Positions 10,295 through 18,768 of a DNA stretch of 64,000 nucleotides are shown here, piece by piece (position 1 is the stretch's first letter; every line of letters begins with the position of its first letter). Source of the stretch: Acidimicrobiia bacterium (GTDB lineage Bacteria > Actinomycetota > Acidimicrobiia > Acidimicrobiales > SHLQ01); contig JAWPMS010000001.1 of NCBI GenBank assembly GCA_033344795.1, positions 2,054,992 through 2,118,991 on the forward strand, written 5' to 3'. The position numbers were made by a program, and so were the translations under genes. The notes beneath the pieces are model-generated. The model worked only from the letters and a program-made list of their open reading frames with translations, ran no database searches and was not told the DNA's origin.

Positions 10295-10338
10295 TTCGAC
10301 CGCACGAACTAACTAGTTCGACCGCACGAACTAACTAG
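10295..10338. repeat. perfect 22-bp tandem duplication TTCGACCGCACGAACTAACTAG x2 abutting the RBS of the next gene
   Basis: Read directly: unit 1 is 10295-10316 and unit 2 is 10317-10338, with AGGAGG at 10337-10342 and ATG at 10351. The unit junction creates a 7-2-7 inverted repeat CGAACTA-AC-TAGTTCG (10305-10320). Confidence 0.9.
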
Positions 10339-10350
10339 GAGGTCTTCACT

Positions 10351-10596
10351 ATGTGGGGAATCATCGGCGCAGTCATCATGGGAACGATCATCGGCTTTGG
10401 TGGCCGAGCGATCCTTCCAGGCGGCCAGGACATCGGGTTGCCAAAGACCATCGGACTCGGAATCGTCTCTGCGTTCGTCGTATCGCTCGTGACCTCAGGT
10501 CTCGGCTTCTTCGGACAGGTCATTCTTGGTTCGATCGTTGCTGCAGGCCTGCTCTGGCTCGCGATCAAGCAAGGATGGCTCAGCGCCACGAGCTGA
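10351..10596 (+). CDS. GlsB/YeaQ/YmgE family (transglycosylase-associated) small stress membrane protein
   Basis: 81 aa. MWGIIGAVIMGTIIGFGGRAILPG... and glycine-rich TM helices are typical of the family. Strong RBS. Confidence 0.8.
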   Translation: MWGIIGAVIMGTIIGFGGRAILPGGQDIGLPKTIGLGIVSAFVVSLVTSGLGFFGQVILGSIVAAGLLWLAIKQGWLSATS

Positions 10597-10636
10597 ATGG
10601 CTCCAGCGCTTGACGCCACGCAATAAGCGTTGAATT

Positions 10637-10659
10637 GACCGGGCTGTTTCAGCCCGGTC
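10637..10659 (+). terminator. stem-loop, candidate intrinsic terminator after the GlsB-like gene
   Basis: GACCGGGCTG-TTT-CAGCCCGGTC is a perfect 10-bp GC-rich stem followed by TCTTC, a weak U tract. Confidence 0.55.
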
Positions 10660-10712
10660 TCTTCGCGTCCGGGTACTCTTGAGTCGTCAACGAACGAGCT
10701 TGAGGAGCAATC

Positions 10713-11699
10713 GTGAAGGACCCAGTACGCATCGCAGTAACCGGAGCAGCAGGGCAGATCGGATACAGCCTGCTGTTTCGCATCGCGAGTGGCGAAATGC
10801 TCGGCAACGACCAGCCGGTGATCCTCCAAATGCTCGAGATCACTCCGGCACTCGGGGCGCTCGAAGGCGTCGCCATGGAGCTCGATGATTGCGCTTTCCC
10901 GCTCCTCGCTGGCACGGTGCGAACAGATGATGCCAATGTCGCGTTCGGCGACGCCGACTACGGTCTCCTCGTCGGCGCCATGCCACGAAAAGACGGGATG
11001 GAACGTGCCGATCTACTTCAGGCCAACGGCGGGATATTTGGTCCGCAGGGCAAGGCGATCAACGACAGTGCGAAGAGGGATGTCAAGATTCTCGTCGTTG
11101 GCAATCCCGCGAATACGAACGCGCTGATCGCACAGTCGGCCGCTCCCGATCTCGATCCGAGACAGTTCACCGCGATGATGCGACTCGATCACAACCGGGC
11201 CATGACGCAGGTGGCGCAAAAGACTGGCACGACGGTCAACGACGTCACGAACATGACGATCTGGGGTAACCATTCGGCAACGCAGTATCCCGACGTGTTC
11301 AACGCAAAGGTGAACGGTCGCAACGCCGCAGAGGTCATCGGCGATCAAGCCTGGCTCGAGAACGATTTCATTCCGACGGTGCAGAAGCGTGGGGCTGCCA
11401 TCATCAAGGCGCGCGGGCTGTCTTCCGCTGCGTCGGCAGCGAACGCCGCGATCGACCACATGCGCGATTGGACAATGGGCACTCCGGACGGCGACTGGGT
11501 GTCGATGGGAATTCCTTCCGACGGGAGTTATGGCGTCCCGGAAGGAATCATCAGTTCGTTCCCGGTGACTTGCTCGGATGGCCAGTACTCGATCGTGCAA
11601 GGTCTCGACATCGACGACTTCAGCCGTGCTCGGATCGATGTGTCGACCGCCGAGCTCACGAGCGAGCGCGATTCTGTTGCCGACCTGGGACTGATCTAA
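10713..11699 (+). CDS. mdh: malate dehydrogenase
   Basis: 328 aa with a GTG start. [43 protein letters not shown] and IWGNHS motifs match the MDH clade. Confidence 0.92.
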   Translation: MKDPVRIAVTGAAGQIGYSLLFRIASGEMLGNDQPVILQMLEITPALGALEGVAMELDDCAFPLLAGTVRTDDANVAFGDADYGLLVGAMPRKDGMERADLLQANGGIFGPQGKAINDSAKRDVKILVVGNPANTNALIAQSAAPDLDPRQFTAMMRLDHNRAMTQVAQKTGTTVNDVTNMTIWGNHSATQYPDVFNAKVNGRNAAEVIGDQAWLENDFIPTVQKRGAAIIKARGLSSAASAANAAIDHMRDWTMGTPDGDWVSMGIPSDGSYGVPEGIISSFPVTCSDGQYSIVQGLDIDDFSRARIDVSTAELTSERDSVADLGLI

Positions 11700-11770
11700 C
11701 CAGCGTTTCGGGGTCGTCTCTCTACGTGGTTTCTTTGTAGTCTTTCCGAGGCGGAGTTCTCGGAGGGTTC

Positions 11771-13207
11771 TTGGTGGTTCGATATATCTCACGTGCCGTA
11801 GTTGGCGCGCTGTCCATACTGCTCCTTGGGGTCATGGCGTTGTCCATCTTCGGTGGCACGCTCTCTGCCGCAACGCCGTCACCCTCTACCGCTGAGACCG
11901 CGCGGCTTCTCGGATACATGTGGGGCGACGGAACCTATGAGGGTGGTGTGTGGGACGTCAACGGACCGAGCGGGACGTCCAGCCTGATCGAAGAGCTCGT
12001 CGAAGAACACGGCGGCATCTGGACCAACCGCCAAAGGCTCCAATTTCGATTGCCCGCTCCCTATGACTGGACCAGCTGGAAGGACGGACTCCCCGACGAC
12101 GACGCCGACGTGCGTGACGCGGTCTCGAGTCCGCACTTTCTTGCGGCGGTCATGGAAACCGAGGCGAGCGTCGGTGGTCAGATCTACGACCAGAGTCAGT
12201 GTTGTGTTCCCGGGTACACCCGAGGCCGACTCACCCAGTTGAGAGATCTCCTGCGTGATCGAGGATTCTCGACGGCCACGCTCGTGGAATTCGGAAACGT
12301 CGACAGTGGCAAGATCACCGTCGACGCTTCCGAGTGGGCCGAGCTCCGCGGCAGCCATAGGTTCGTCTGCCCAGTCCAACAATCCGATATTCGCCTGCCG
12401 GGAGGCACCGACTACAACCAGTACGGGAACATCCGATGGTTCGGTTCCGAGACCCGGTGGTCTTCACTGGTGCGCAACGATTGCACTTCTGGAGGGGCCG
12501 TTCCGCCCGTGCAACCTCAAGTGGGAACGTGCTCGGTCACCGTGGTCAACGGCGACGAAGCCAAGATCGACTGGACCTTCACGCTCGGTGAGGCGTCGAT
12601 CCGCCGAGATGGACAATTCGAAGCATCGGTGTCAGCGCGCGACGGCTCGTATTCCGAGTCCCCCGGCGATGGGTCATTTTCATACGAGGTCAGGCTCCAA
12701 GCGTTTGGGGAACAATCCACCGCTCCGTGCGGCGTGATCACGATTGGTGCCGAGGTCGATGGCCCTTGTTCGGTGACGGCGGTCGCGGGTGGAGTCCGAG
12801 TGGCTTGGGATGATTTCGGCCGCGATCGATATTCGGTGCGCCGAAACGGGTCGTGGGTCGCTTCGGTGAGCGACGGATCGACGTTCTTTGTTTCGGATCA
12901 GGGCACGATCGGTGACGTTTGGACCGTGCGGTACAGGGTGGCCGGAGCGGTGACAAACGTGCCGTGTGAATCTGGGCAGCCTCCAGTCGATGGTCCGTGC
13001 GCCGTGACCACAATCGGAGCTGGCGTGAACGTGAACTGGGACGACATCGCTGGTGATCCCACGTATCAAGTACGTCGCAACGGCAAGTGGTTGGCGTCGG
13101 TGTCGGGCGAGAGCCAGTACGACCATGTTGGGGGCACGCCCGGTGACACCTACACCGTGCGCTACCGTCAAAACGGTGCAACAACAGATATTCCCTGCTC
13201 TGCATAG
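11771..13207 (+). CDS. secreted multidomain protein: signal peptide, N-terminal domain with two LAGLIDADG-like motifs (inferred), three Cys-bracketed FN3-like modules
   Basis: 478 aa. The signal-like N-terminus ends LSA/ATP. Motifs: LLGYMWGDG (11906-11932) and LAAVMETEA (12140-12166). Three ~67-aa modules of form C...W...Y.VRR.G...Y.V.Y....C lie at 12530-12730, 12767-12967 and 12998-13198. Paralog of the next gene. Confidence 0.8.
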   Translation: MVVRYISRAVVGALSILLLGVMALSIFGGTLSAATPSPSTAETARLLGYMWGDGTYEGGVWDVNGPSGTSSLIEELVEEHGGIWTNRQRLQFRLPAPYDWTSWKDGLPDDDADVRDAVSSPHFLAAVMETEASVGGQIYDQSQCCVPGYTRGRLTQLRDLLRDRGFSTATLVEFGNVDSGKITVDASEWAELRGSHRFVCPVQQSDIRLPGGTDYNQYGNIRWFGSETRWSSLVRNDCTSGGAVPPVQPQVGTCSVTVVNGDEAKIDWTFTLGEASIRRDGQFEASVSARDGSYSESPGDGSFSYEVRLQAFGEQSTAPCGVITIGAEVDGPCSVTAVAGGVRVAWDDFGRDRYSVRRNGSWVASVSDGSTFFVSDQGTIGDVWTVRYRVAGAVTNVPCESGQPPVDGPCAVTTIGAGVNVNWDDIAGDPTYQVRRNGKWLASVSGESQYDHVGGTPGDTYTVRYRQNGATTDIPCSA

Positions 13208-13262
13208 CTCACGCGTTCGCGGCCTTCGATGTCGGGTTCTTTTCCTCCTTGGAGTCACGTGC

Positions 13263-14672
13263 ATGGCCCTCGTCGTGGGCCTCGCTCGTCCCGTGGCGGC
13301 GCAAGGCGACGGCCCGACCGAGGGCGAGACAGCTCGGCTCTTGGGATACCTCTGGGCTGACGGGTCGTTCTCGGGAGGTGTGTGGGATGCCACTGGCCCC
13401 AGTGGTGGGTCGACGCTCATCGAACATCTCGCGGAGCGACATGGAGCGACATGGGTCGACCGGTCACAGCTTCGGTTCACTCTTCCGGCTCCCTATGACT
13501 GGACGGAATGGAAAGACAGCCTTCCCGATGACGATGCGCGAACGAGACGAGCGGTCCGGCACCCACACTTCCTCGCGGCCGTGCTCGAAGGTGAAGGATC
13601 GACGGCCGGACTCGTCTACGACCAGAGCTCATGTTGCACCGCTGGTTTCTTGCGGGGGCGGCTCACGGATCTCCTCGCATTGCTACAGCAGCGGGGGTTT
13701 ACGTCCGCACGACTGAATCAGTTCGGCGATGTCGACAGTGGCGACGTCCGCATCAACTCATCGGAGTTTGCCGAGCTTCGGGCGGGACACGCCTTCGTGT
13801 GTCCCGCGGCAGGCGGCAACGTGCGAGTTCCCGGAGGGCAGCAGTACGCGCGGTTCGGCAACATTCGTTGGCTCGGCCCGGGAACCGACTTTGCGCTGGT
13901 CGTCCGCGACGACTGTCGGGCCGGAGTTGCTGTCGCACCCGTTGGGCCCCCAGTCGGGGACTGCGTCGTCACTGTCGACCCCGGAAGGCGGCTCCGGGTG
14001 ACCTGGAGTTATGCGCGCGGTTCCGTTGCGATCCGACGCGACGGGGTCTTCGTGCAGGCGTCCTCAGCACTCGAGAAGTCGTTCGTTGAGTCGCGCCCGG
14101 CTGGCGCTACGACCTATGAGGTTCGGGTCACCGCCGACGGACTGCGCACCGATGCGGTCTGCGGTACGGCAAACAGCGCCGGAGTGGTTCAGGCTCCTCC
14201 GGACGTCACCCGATGTATGGGCCGTGTGGTCACCGTCTTGGGCACGGGAGGACCCGACGTTCTCGATGGGACGACGGAGGTCGATGTGATGCACGGCTTC
14301 GCCGGTGATGACCTACTGCGAGGCTTCGGGTCAGATGACGTGCTCTGTGGTGGGTTGGGCAATGATCGCCTACGTGGTGGATACGGGAACGACCATCTTC
14401 TCGGCGGTGGCGGAGCGGACCTCCTTGTGGGTGGGCCCGGGGCGGACACGGCACGCGGTGGCAACGGTCCGGACCGGCTCGAAGGTAACCGTGGACCAGA
14501 TGTCCTCATCGGCGATGCGGGTAACGACGTGCTGCGAGCAGGTGCCGGCTTTGATTCGCTCTTCGGGGGGAGGGGAGTGGACGTGCTACGGGGCGGCCCA
14601 CACCGAGATACGTGCGTTGGCGGGTGGGGTGCTGATCTGCTTGCCGCAGATTGTGAACGCTCGACCCAATAG
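13263..14672 (+). CDS. secreted paralog: same LAGLIDADG-like N-terminal domain, one FN3-like module, C-terminal RTX-type (GGxGxD) calcium-binding repeats
   Basis: ETARLLGYLWADGSF (13338-13364) and HFLAAVLEGEGS (13572-13598) align with the upstream gene along about 200 aa. One module lies at 13962-14162. The glycine/aspartate nonapeptide block GGLGNDRLRGGYGNDHLLGGGGADLLVGGPGAD... spans 14298-14643. The start is uncertain: ATG 13263 gives a short signal peptide, and ATG 13125 would overlap the upstream gene by 83 nt. Confidence 0.8.
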   Translation: MALVVGLARPVAAQGDGPTEGETARLLGYLWADGSFSGGVWDATGPSGGSTLIEHLAERHGATWVDRSQLRFTLPAPYDWTEWKDSLPDDDARTRRAVRHPHFLAAVLEGEGSTAGLVYDQSSCCTAGFLRGRLTDLLALLQQRGFTSARLNQFGDVDSGDVRINSSEFAELRAGHAFVCPAAGGNVRVPGGQQYARFGNIRWLGPGTDFALVVRDDCRAGVAVAPVGPPVGDCVVTVDPGRRLRVTWSYARGSVAIRRDGVFVQASSALEKSFVESRPAGATTYEVRVTADGLRTDAVCGTANSAGVVQAPPDVTRCMGRVVTVLGTGGPDVLDGTTEVDVMHGFAGDDLLRGFGSDDVLCGGLGNDRLRGGYGNDHLLGGGGADLLVGGPGADTARGGNGPDRLEGNRGPDVLIGDAGNDVLRAGAGFDSLFGGRGVDVLRGGPHRDTCVGGWGADLLAADCERSTQ

Positions 14673-14694
14673 TCGGACTCTGCGGGTCTCTCTG

Positions 14695-15537
14695 CTACTT
14701 CAGGAACTTCGAGGTGGTGTTGTCCGCCAAGACCTTGCCACTTGTCTGGCAGGGAGCGCAGTAGTTCACCGTGTACTTGTTGTACGCGACCTCTCGAATG
14801 ACATCGCCACAGCGCGGGCATGGTTCACCGGTCCGGTTGTGTACCGCTGAGGGCCGCTTGGCGCTTGCGACGATCTCGTCCTGTGTACGTTCGAACTCCA
14901 GGGAGGATGCGATGCACGTGTCGATCGCACCATGAAGCGCAGCGATCTGATCGGCGGAGAGTTTGCCAGTCGAGGCGAAGGGCGAGATTTGGGCTTCGTG
15001 GCAGATGTCGTTTGCAAGTCGGCGGCCCAAGCCCGCCATGATCGTCTGGCGACGCAAGAACCCGTGGAGCCGCATCGAGTGTTCGCCGAGGAGGCCCGCG
15101 AGTGCCGACTCGTCAACCGAGTCTGCGTCAGGGCCGAGGTAGTCGAGTGGTGGGTCTGCATCGAGATCCGCATCGATCGGCATGACCCAGACGCCGGCCC
15201 GTTTGTCGGTGCCGGCTTCGGTGAGCAGAAGTGCCGTGCCATCGTCGAAGGTCCAACGAGCCTGCCCGCCGCGTGGTTTCGCCGACTGCTTTTCGTCAGG
15301 GCGCAGCCTGCCTCCCTGCATCAGGTGCACGATGAAGACGGCCGTATCCATCCACAGCCGGAGGTACTTTCCCCGGGTGTCGACCCTGTGCAGAACTTCG
15401 CCGTGCGTGGAAGCGGGGTCGGGCGCGAACGTCTTGAGCACGTAGAAGGTGATTGGCCGGAATGCGGTCAACGTTTTGCCCGCCCAGTCGGTGTTGAGCC
15501 GCTCGGCGTGCGCCTGAATCTCGCCGATCTCAGGCAT
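14695..15537 (-). CDS. Fpg/Nei family DNA glycosylase/AP lyase
   Basis: 280 aa. N-terminal MPEIGE has the catalytic Pro2/Glu3. The C-terminal zinc finger is CPRCG-x16-CAPC, and there is an H2TH-like middle region. Confidence 0.85.
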   Translation of the reverse strand: MPEIGEIQAHAERLNTDWAGKTLTAFRPITFYVLKTFAPDPASTHGEVLHRVDTRGKYLRLWMDTAVFIVHLMQGGRLRPDEKQSAKPRGGQARWTFDDGTALLLTEAGTDKRAGVWVMPIDADLDADPPLDYLGPDADSVDESALAGLLGEHSMRLHGFLRRQTIMAGLGRRLANDICHEAQISPFASTGKLSADQIAALHGAIDTCIASSLEFERTQDEIVASAKRPSAVHNRTGEPCPRCGDVIREVAYNKYTVNYCAPCQTSGKVLADNTTSKFLK

Positions 15538-15880
15538 CGCGACCTCGGAGGAGAGTGGTCAGAAGGGGTCCGTGTTTGAGCAGGCGGTCGATGTCACCGT
15601 CGATCTCAAGTCTTCCCGTGAGGAACGCCCGTTGTGCGTGTATCTCGCCGTCACGGAGCTGCCGAGCAGTCTCGACATCCTGTCGAATAGTGAGGTCAGG
15701 GGTGGCGGCAGGTCCATCGATGACGACCGCAGAGCCGTCCACGAGCTTCACGTGGAAGTGATCGACAACCCCTTCGTCATCGGTCACTTGTTGTTCGATC
15801 GTGAAGTCTGCATCCGCCGGGATTGCCCCGGAGTCAAGCCCTTCGATGGTCTCTGCGGTGTGCTCGGCGAACTCGGCCAT
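15530..15880 (-). CDS. SCP2 sterol-binding domain protein
   Basis: The C-terminus ...AQRAFLTGRLEIDGDIDRLLKHGPLL is typical of SCP-2. The start was moved to ATG 15880 (MAEFAEH), because the track start 15997 overlaps the divergent gene. There is an 8-nt overlap (ATGCCTGA) with the downstream Fpg/Nei start. Confidence 0.7.
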   Translation of the reverse strand: MAEFAEHTAETIEGLDSGAIPADADFTIEQQVTDDEGVVDHFHVKLVDGSAVVIDGPAATPDLTIRQDVETARQLRDGEIHAQRAFLTGRLEIDGDIDRLLKHGPLLTTLLRGRDA

Positions 15881-15917
15881 GTGCACAGTCTGCCCATGAC
15901 GCTGCAACACTGCACGT

Positions 15918-16700
15918 GTGTCGACGTCACTTCCCGTTGGTTCGGAGTCGCTCCACGAGAGCAACGGCGATCCGCGCTGGGTGGAAGTGTGGGACAACTG
16001 GTTCGTGATTCCCGAGGATGGCGTGGGTGGCTATGTGACACTCACGATCCGGCCGCTCGACGGCGTCTGTTGGTACTGGGCATCGTTGGTGGGGCTGGGA
16101 CGACCGTTGACCACGGTCCTCGCCGATGACGTGCCGTTGCCGGTCGGTTCTTCGATGGAGCTCAGAGCGTCGGGTCTGTGGACGGAAACCACAGTGTTGC
16201 GGCCGTTCGAACACCTGACCACTGACCTCGAGGCGTTCGGCGTCGCAATCGATGCACCGCGCGATGTGTGGACGGGCGCGTTCGGCGATCGAGTCGCCGT
16301 TGGTTTGGAGCTCGATTGGGACACCGAGGGACCACCTGGACCGTCGCCCGTGCCGGGTACGACCGGGTACCGGCTCGTCGGCAAGATGCACGGCGAGGTG
16401 TTGCTCGACGATCAGCGTTGGGAGCTGGAGGGTGTCGGTGTCCGAGACCATTGGTGGGGAGTCCCGGATCGAGCGGCGCGTTGGCGGGCATGGGCTGGTC
16501 GCGACGGGTCGTTCGTGCACAGCGACGGCGGCGCGCTCGATCTCGACATCGATGCGATCATCCGAGAGCTACCGACCGGCGAAGTGCACCCAGGCTTGAC
16601 CGTCGTTGGATGGGCACCTGCAGGCGGCGACGGACGTCGACATGCGAGAGCGATGTTGGTGGACGATCGAGGCGGGGGATGGCTCGAAATCGTTCGCTAA
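15918..16700 (+). CDS. hypothetical protein
   Basis: 260-aa ORF with a GTG start and Trp/Gly/Asp-rich sequence. I do not recognise the family. Confidence 0.55.
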   Translation: MSTSLPVGSESLHESNGDPRWVEVWDNWFVIPEDGVGGYVTLTIRPLDGVCWYWASLVGLGRPLTTVLADDVPLPVGSSMELRASGLWTETTVLRPFEHLTTDLEAFGVAIDAPRDVWTGAFGDRVAVGLELDWDTEGPPGPSPVPGTTGYRLVGKMHGEVLLDDQRWELEGVGVRDHWWGVPDRAARWRAWAGRDGSFVHSDGGALDLDIDAIIRELPTGEVHPGLTVVGWAPAGGDGRRHARAMLVDDRGGGWLEIVR

Positions 16701-17617
16701 GCGCTGTGTGCTTCGTCGGCGGCCGGTTGGGCGAAGCGTGAAAGGGCGACGACCACGATGGCCGACGCTGTTGCGAGCAGAACCGCTGCAACCCAGGGAG
16801 CACCGTTGGGAAGATCGAGTCCGGTGCCAGAGATCGTTTGGTCGTGGTCGATGATCCCGACGCCGTTCGGCCATGGCCACAACACGCGAAGTGAACCGAG
16901 CATCAGTCCAATGAGGGCCGCCATCACCACGTCGTGGTGGTGCTCCAGCACGAAGTTGAGTCCTGACGAGAACAGCGCGAGACCGATGATGGCCCCGATG
17001 CCGACAAGAGCGATCTCGTCGATGTGGCGCTCGTCGACCGCGTCGAGCACGGCCGCGTACATGCCGATCATCAACAAGATGAAGGATCCCGAAATGCCAG
17101 GCAGGATCATCGCGCAGATTGCGAGGGCGCCCGCTCCAATGAGAAACGCCGGCCCGGGGTTGGCCACGGGACCCGACTGAAATCCAAGAAGCACGAACGT
17201 CGCGAGGCCGACCACACCAGCGATACCGACGTGTTGCAGCGAGGGTTCACGGAGCAGGCCCTTCGCCACGAAGATCGAGCCGAGGACAAGACCAAAGAAG
17301 AGACCCGCCATGGCTTCGGGATAATCGAGGAGCGCGGACTCGATCAGGCTCGCGAGCACTGCGACCGCCGTACCGATGCCGGCAAGAAGCGGTAGCAGGA
17401 ACAACCAATCGACGCTTCTCAGCCGCTGCGTGAAACCGGCGAGATCGCCGCGGATCAGCCGACCGAGTGCCTTGCTTCCGATCCCGATGTTGTGGATGAG
17501 GCCGTTGTAGATGCCCAAGATGAGCGCGACGGTCCCTCCGGAAACGCCGGGTACAACGTCGGAAGCACCCATGGCGAAGCCTCGAGTGAATTGGAGAAGA
17601 ACTCGCTTCATCATCAT
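16697..17617 (-). CDS. DUF368 family membrane protein (polyprenyl-phosphate transporter PopT family)
   Basis: 306 aa. The N-terminus FTRGFAMGASDVVPGVSGGTVALILGIY is the DUF368 signature, and a second PGISGS half-repeat is present. Confidence 0.85.
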   Translation of the reverse strand: MMMKRVLLQFTRGFAMGASDVVPGVSGGTVALILGIYNGLIHNIGIGSKALGRLIRGDLAGFTQRLRSVDWLFLLPLLAGIGTAVAVLASLIESALLDYPEAMAGLFFGLVLGSIFVAKGLLREPSLQHVGIAGVVGLATFVLLGFQSGPVANPGPAFLIGAGALAICAMILPGISGSFILLMIGMYAAVLDAVDERHIDEIALVGIGAIIGLALFSSGLNFVLEHHHDVVMAALIGLMLGSLRVLWPWPNGVGIIDHDQTISGTGLDLPNGAPWVAAVLLATASAIVVVALSRFAQPAADEAHSA

Positions 17618-17648
17618 CGAGAATCTATCGGTCGGTCATGTTGGGGCT

Positions 17649-18536
17649 GTGACCCTTCGTTGGAACAATGGACGAGTTGTGTCTCGCCTGTCGAATACCG
17701 CCGGTCTCATTGCGAATGGAGCGGTCGAGCTGTTCACCGAGGTGACCGCTCCGGCCGAGCAGTTCGGCGTCCCGATCCTGCTTCTCTCCGAGGCTGAGGC
17801 GCCGAGTAGCCGCTGGCCCGAAGCGTTGATCGATGGGTTGGTGTCTGCCGGGTCTGCAGTGATCAGATTCGACACCCGCGACATTGGTCGAAGCAGCTGG
17901 GTCGACGAGCCGTACACGATGGCGGACCTGGCCGGAGATGCGCTTGCGATTCTGGAGGATCTCGGCGTGCGCCGCGCGCACCTCGTCGGTCGGTCGATGG
18001 GCGGCATCGTTGCACAACATCTCGCGCTGGATTCGCCAGAACGCGTCGCTGGTCTGACGCTCATCTCGTCGACGCCCGGACGACGAGACGAGTACGGGCT
18101 GCCGGAAGACTGGTTGATCGAGGCGATGTCCGAGAGGCTCTTCGCTGATCTTCCGGTCGGGGTCGTTGCTCGTGTCGAGTGGGTGATCGATCAGCTCGAG
18201 TGGTTCTCGGGCCCATTGGTCGACTTCGATCGACGGGCCGCTGCCAGAGACGTGTACGCAGAAGTGTCGGAGATGTGGCGCGGACCAAACGGCCACGGGC
18301 TGGCGGTCGTGGAAGCGCCCGATCGGTTCGATGAGTTGCGCGCGATCACCGCCCCATCGGTGGTGATCCACGGAACCGCAGATCCCGTCTATCCGGTTGG
18401 TCACGGGCAAGCGCTCGCTGAACAGATCCCGAACGCTCGACTGCAGTTGATCGAAGGCTTGGGCCACGAGCTCCCGAATGGCTTCGTTCCGCAGCTGCTC
18501 CAGATCCTGACCGCATTCCAGGACACGATTCACTGA
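17649..18536 (+). CDS. alpha/beta hydrolase
   Basis: The nucleophile elbow is GRSMGG and the C-terminal HGTADP...GH motif supplies the catalytic His. The start was moved to GTG 17649 (alternative 17679), because the track start overlaps the DUF368 gene. Confidence 0.75.
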   Translation: MTLRWNNGRVVSRLSNTAGLIANGAVELFTEVTAPAEQFGVPILLLSEAEAPSSRWPEALIDGLVSAGSAVIRFDTRDIGRSSWVDEPYTMADLAGDALAILEDLGVRRAHLVGRSMGGIVAQHLALDSPERVAGLTLISSTPGRRDEYGLPEDWLIEAMSERLFADLPVGVVARVEWVIDQLEWFSGPLVDFDRRAAARDVYAEVSEMWRGPNGHGLAVVEAPDRFDELRAITAPSVVIHGTADPVYPVGHGQALAEQIPNARLQLIEGLGHELPNGFVPQLLQILTAFQDTIH

Positions 18537-18570
18537 TTGGCCCATCGGTCGACATCGCAGTTGACGGCAA

Positions 18571-18607
18571 GAGACCCGCCCACTTCTCGATCGTGGACGG
18601 GCCTCTC
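18571..18607 (+). terminator. imperfect GC-rich hairpin after the hydrolase gene (candidate terminator)
   Basis: GAGACCCGCCCAC-(9 nt)-GTGGACGGGCCTCTC pairs about 12 bp with one bulge and one mismatch. It starts 35 nt after the stop and has no clear U tract. Confidence 0.35.
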
Positions 18608-18734
18608 GTCGACAGCGTTCGAGTCAATCTCATGTCGTTCCGTTGGGCAGTGTCGTTGCCATGGGTGAGGGAACGTGAGGGAAATGGCTCTTCGCTGACG
18701 AGGTATCTGTGGTTGTCTAGTGGCTCACCTATCT

Positions 18735-18768
18735 GTGACCTGTGTCACCGGTTGGTGACACAGGTCAC
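18735..18768. promoter_or_regulatory. 34-bp nested perfect palindrome (15-bp arms, 4-nt centre) in the leader of the acyl-CoA ligase gene; candidate operator
   Basis: GTGACCTGTGTCACC-GGTT-GGTGACACAGGTCAC. Each arm is itself GTGAC-N4-GTCAC, giving four GTGAC/GTCAC half-sites. It lies 164 nt upstream of ATG 18932. Confidence 0.6.
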
